DNA of 64,000 nucleotides from Octopus sinensis (lineage: Eukaryota), in the NCBI RefSeq assembly GCF_006345805.1, contig NC_043007.1, positions 16,182,001-16,246,000 of the forward strand. Direction: 5' to 3'. A model generated the notes under the pieces. It was not told where the DNA came from. It was given only the letters and a program-made list of their open reading frames with translations, and made no database searches. The position numbers were made by a program, and so were the translations under genes. Below, in pieces: positions 60,119 through 64,000 of this stretch. Position 1 is the stretch's first letter; every line of letters begins with the position of its first letter.

Positions 60119-60487
60119 GTAGGAGCACTCCGTCGGTTGCGACGATGAGGGTCCCAGCTGATACGATCAACGGAACAGCTTGCTCGTGGAATTAACGTGT
60201 AAGTGGCTGAGCACTCCACAGACACGTGTACCCTTAACGTAGTTCTCGGGGGATATTCAGCGTGACACAGAGAGTGACAAGGCCGGCCCTTTGAAATACA
60301 GGTACAACAGAAACAGGAAGAAAGAGTGAGAGAATGTTGTGGTGAAAGAGTACAGCAGGGATCATCGTGAAGCTTTTTTAGGTGTTTTCGCTCAATAAAC
60401 ACTCACAACGCCCGGTCTGGGAATCGAAACCGCGATCCTATGACCGCGAGTCCGCTGCCCTAACCACTGGGCCATTGCGCCTCCACC
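60119..60487 (-). mobile_element. tRNA-derived SINE, family C, with 13-bp TSD; fragment also at 55288-55410
   Basis: Minus-strand head ggaggcgcaatggcccagtggttagggcagcggactc...ggtttcgattccc; TSD atgagtaaatgta at 60106-60118 and 60488-60500. Confidence 0.88.
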
Positions 60488-60765
60488 ATGAGTAAATGTA
60501 CGGTGGTGTTTATAAATCTTTGGATGAATTTGAGGAATGGATATTAAGGAGTATAAACCTTCATCACGGTTTGATTTCAAGTACAAGGTACCTCACATCA
60601 AAGGATCGCATTAAATTCAAGGGGTTTATAGAGAGACTCTGAGTCTAGAACTTAACATATAACCTACATATCGATAGGAATTTATTGTGTCTGCAATGTA
60701 CTTGCACAAACACACGCATACATAAATACATACATACACACACACACATACACCACATATATATT

Positions 60766-60801
<36 letters not shown>

Positions 60802-60854
60802 TATATGTATATATGTATATGTGTGTATATGTATGTGTGTGTATGTATGTATAC

Positions 60855-60901
<47 letters not shown>

Positions 60902-61461
60902 TGTATACATATATATGAGTGCATGTGTGTGTGTGTATGAATGTATAAATCTATGTTAAAAAAATTATCTGCTTTCTAATGTGGATTAATGTATTAAAAT
61001 ACTGTAGATGTATATCTGTATACACACACACTCATACATACACTCACACACGCACATACACATACGTACAGAGACTTATAAATAGATATATATATGTGAG
61101 TGTGTATATGTGTGCGTAAATAAAATGAACTATGAGCAATAGCAGAGCGGCCAGTCATGTACTGGAACAATATTGACAAATACAGGTATATCAAATACCC
61201 TACAACATAAATGCATGGTTTATTAAAAGCATCTCTGCCTCTAGAAGATATATTATAATTGCCAACTGGCGATTAAGACCAGTTCCATTTGAGAAGGGGA
61301 GATAATCACAAGAATCAAGAATTCTCCAAAGTCGATAGGTCATTAAAGAAAATGACAGGTTTTTTTGGGGGGGGGGGTCTGGATATAAGAAGATGGATCT
61401 CCGTCATTGATCGACGACATCTCTGGGCCGACCAAGGTCTTGTAAGTCAAAGGCGTCAAAG

Positions 61462-61692
61462 GCGGCGAGCTGGCAGAAACGTTAGCACGCCGGGCGATAT
61501 GCTTAGCGGTATTTCGTTTTCCGTTACGTTCTGAGTTCAAATTCCACCGAGGTCGACTTTGCCTTTCATCCTTTCGGGGTCGATAAATTAAGTACCAGTT
61601 TCGCACAGGGGTCGATGTAATCGACTTAATCCCTTTGTCTGTCCTTGTTTGTCCCCTCTATGTTTAGCTCCTTGTGGGCAATAAAGAAATAA
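61462..61692 (+). mobile_element. SINE family B nested in a family A remnant
   Basis: Full family B consensus; the flanks continue a family A body (gccgaccaagg...tgtaagtggatttggtag). Confidence 0.85.
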
Positions 61693-61738
61693 GGACCTGT
61701 AAGTGGATTTGGTAGCGGAAAAAGAAAGAAGTCTGTCG

Positions 61739-61967
61739 TATGAGGGAGTGCTGAAAAGTCCTGGCTTTGGGAAAAAGAAAATACAGGTGGATCGGTTTAT
61801 TGTGATTTTATTTAAGATGTACCTGTCTCAGATTCACACACTAATTGCAGTGATCCTTCAGTTTTTCTAAGCCCTGTAAAAAAAAAAACTCAGAAGGTTG
61901 GACCTCCAGCCAGACCTTTCGTGATACTCTTAAAGCCAAGAACTTTGCAGCACCCATCCTCCTCGTA
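61739..61967. mobile_element. Mariner-type MITE
   Basis: TA-tgagggagtgctgaaaagtcctggcttt ... aaagccaagaactttgcagcacccatcctcctcg-TA, imperfect TIRs. Confidence 0.7.
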
Positions 61968-62074
61968 TATGCACGCGTGAGTTTGTGTATGTGCTTACGT
62001 GTGTATATGCACGTGCGTGCATCTTTCTTTGTCCACACTCACCAATTGACAACGGTATCGATTTGCTTACATAG

Positions 62075-62488
62075 ACGGCGAGCTGGCAGAAACGTTAGCA
62101 CGCCGGGCGAGATGCTTAGCGGTATTTCGTCTGCCGTTACATTCTGAGTTCAAATTCCGCCGAGATTGACTTTGCTTTTCATCCTTTCGGGGTCGATAAA
62201 TTAAGTACCAGTTACGCACTGGGGTCGATGTAATCGACTTAATCCGTTTGTCTGTCCTTGTTTGTCCCCTCTGTGTTTAGCCCCTTGTGGGTAATAAAGA
62301 AATAGGTATTTCGTCTGCCGCTAGATTCTGAATTCAAATTCCGCCGAGGTCGACTTTGCCTTTCATCCTTTCGAGGTCGATTAAATAAGTACCAGTTACG
62401 CACTGGGGTCGATATAATTGACTTAATCCGTTTGTCTGTTCTTGTTTGTCCTCTCTATGTTTAGCCCCTTGTGGGTAATAAAGAAATG
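62075..62488 (+). mobile_element. SINE family B dimer with 17-bp TSD
   Basis: ggtatcgatttgcttac (62054-62070) and ggtatcgatttgtttac (62489-62505). Confidence 0.87.
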
Positions 62489-62969
62489 GGTATCGATTTG
62501 TTTACGTCCATTAAATTAGCGGTTCGGTAAAAAAAAAAATAAAAGAACGACAGAATAAGTACCAAACTTTAAAAATTAATACGGTAAGGAGGCGGGGAAC
62601 AATTTGTTCTGCCAAAACCCTTTAAGGCAGTGCCCCAGCATGGTCGCACTCCAATGACTGAAATGAGTAAACAATACATGATAAAAGATAAACGACTGCT
62701 AGCGCCACCCAACGGCCGGAGGATGCAGTTGGAGGCTGCAGTTTCTCTTGGAAACTACCTAAAAGCTGACTGCAACAATTTATTTACTCCCATCAGCCTT
62801 TGTTTTGAAGGATTTATTTATTGGGTACTAGTGCACTAATTGCGTCCCCAAAGTCCATCCCCTCCTCACCGTGGTGGGGACGCTGGCAACGGGTAGTGTC
62901 AGAGCTATGCCGTCGGGAACTTCGGTTCCTGGTAGGGCCACCCAAGGCGGATTGGTCTGACACCGAGTG

Positions 62970-63190
62970 GTAGAAACGTTAGCATACTGAATGAAATGCT
63001 TAGCGGTATTTTGTCTGCGTTACGTTGTGAGTTCAAATTCCGCCGAGGTCGACTTTGCCTTTCATACTTTCGGGGTCGATAAATTAAGTACCAGTTACGC
63101 ACTGGGGTCGATGTAATCGACTTAATACCTATGTCTGTCCTTGTTTGTCCCTTCTGTGTTTAGCCCCTTGTGGGTAATAAAGAAATAGGT
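62970..63190 (+). mobile_element. SINE family B
   Basis: Consensus body and tail aaagaaataggtat. Confidence 0.82.
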
Positions 63191-63806
63191 ATTAGGGTCA
63201 CAACTCGGCAGACGGGGCTCTGGTGAAAAATCCTCGGAGTGTCCTGTTTCGGCAACCAGCGGCTCCTCGGTCGTTCTGTCGCTGCGTCTGCGGACAATCT
63301 GCGGCAAACAGGATGTCTCTACATGCGGGATTGTTGGGGACCGCTTGTGAAATCCACATATTCCCACGAAACTTCTTCCAAGGAAGAAGCCGACTCAACC
63401 CGCCCAGGGTGAATGCCGCCACAAGTACAAGCAAGTAGTAGTGCAGTAATTAGTAAACATCAGGTTGAATCCAGCAGTGTAGGCATGCGCACTATCTCCA
63501 GAGGCCACTGTTTTCGTCAAGATCCCTCGCTGAGATAGCATGAAGCTGCAAAGAACCCAGTTACTGTATGAAACTGCTGCGAGGCTCAGCAGGAGTCTAG
63601 GTAAGGGAGAGAAGCTGGGTACTGGCAAAGAGGTTTTACATGTTCAAGCAGTTTCCCCAATCACTGCAAAGGCGAACTACCAGCAGTGAGTGTAAAGCAA
63701 ATACTACTGCACCAGATGCGTCCCATCACCCTCTGTTAAAATATTTCAAATATGTACGTATGTATGTATGTATGTATGTATGTATGTATGTATGTATGAA
63801 TGTATG

Positions 63807-63842
<36 letters not shown>

Positions 63843-64000
63843 TTTATATATATATATAATATATATCATATATATATATATACGTATATGTACATATATA
63901 ATATACGTATGTATGTATATAGTATGTATGTATGTATGTATGTATGTATTATGTATGTATGTATATGTGGGTAAAGGACGTCACGAAACGTGTACAACAA

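Noticed and set aside
62880-63720. GC-richer stretch with several short ORFs, possibly a LINE 5' region
   Set aside because: No recognisable endonuclease or RT motif, so a family could not be supported.

Overview
Eukaryotic, AT-rich, microsatellite-saturated genomic DNA, most likely Octopus (inferred from three tRNA-derived SINE families and the (TA)n/(CA)n/(TATG)n load). The window holds a + strand tandem cluster of clan-2 (CYP2-like) cytochrome P450 genes. Copy 1 (2307-16619) has 8 exons and a 1-nt deletion in exon 4. Copy 2 is an orphan exon 2 + exon 3 fragment (22140-25872) with a 1-nt insertion in exon 2. Copy 3 (29669-52544) is intact, 8 exons, 498 aa. A further intact, diverged copy of the heme-ligand terminal exon lies at 54823-55001, just before a 100-N scaffold gap (55188-55287). 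Introns and intergenic DNA contain SINEs, R4/Dong-like and CR1-like LINE fragments, Penelope-like RT and GIY-YIG fragments, mariner and hAT remnants, MITEs, a non-autonomous Helitron and several long fold-back hairpins. The most notable observations are: a possible alternative last exon that would swap the SRS6 region; divergence between paralogs concentrated in substrate-recognition regions; a perfectly conserved 37-bp intronic element with a D-box-like site; Penelope-type minimal hammerhead ribozyme motifs; and a SINE family that appears to favour GGTAT targets, including its own body. All translations and coordinates were read by hand; no database searches were run.
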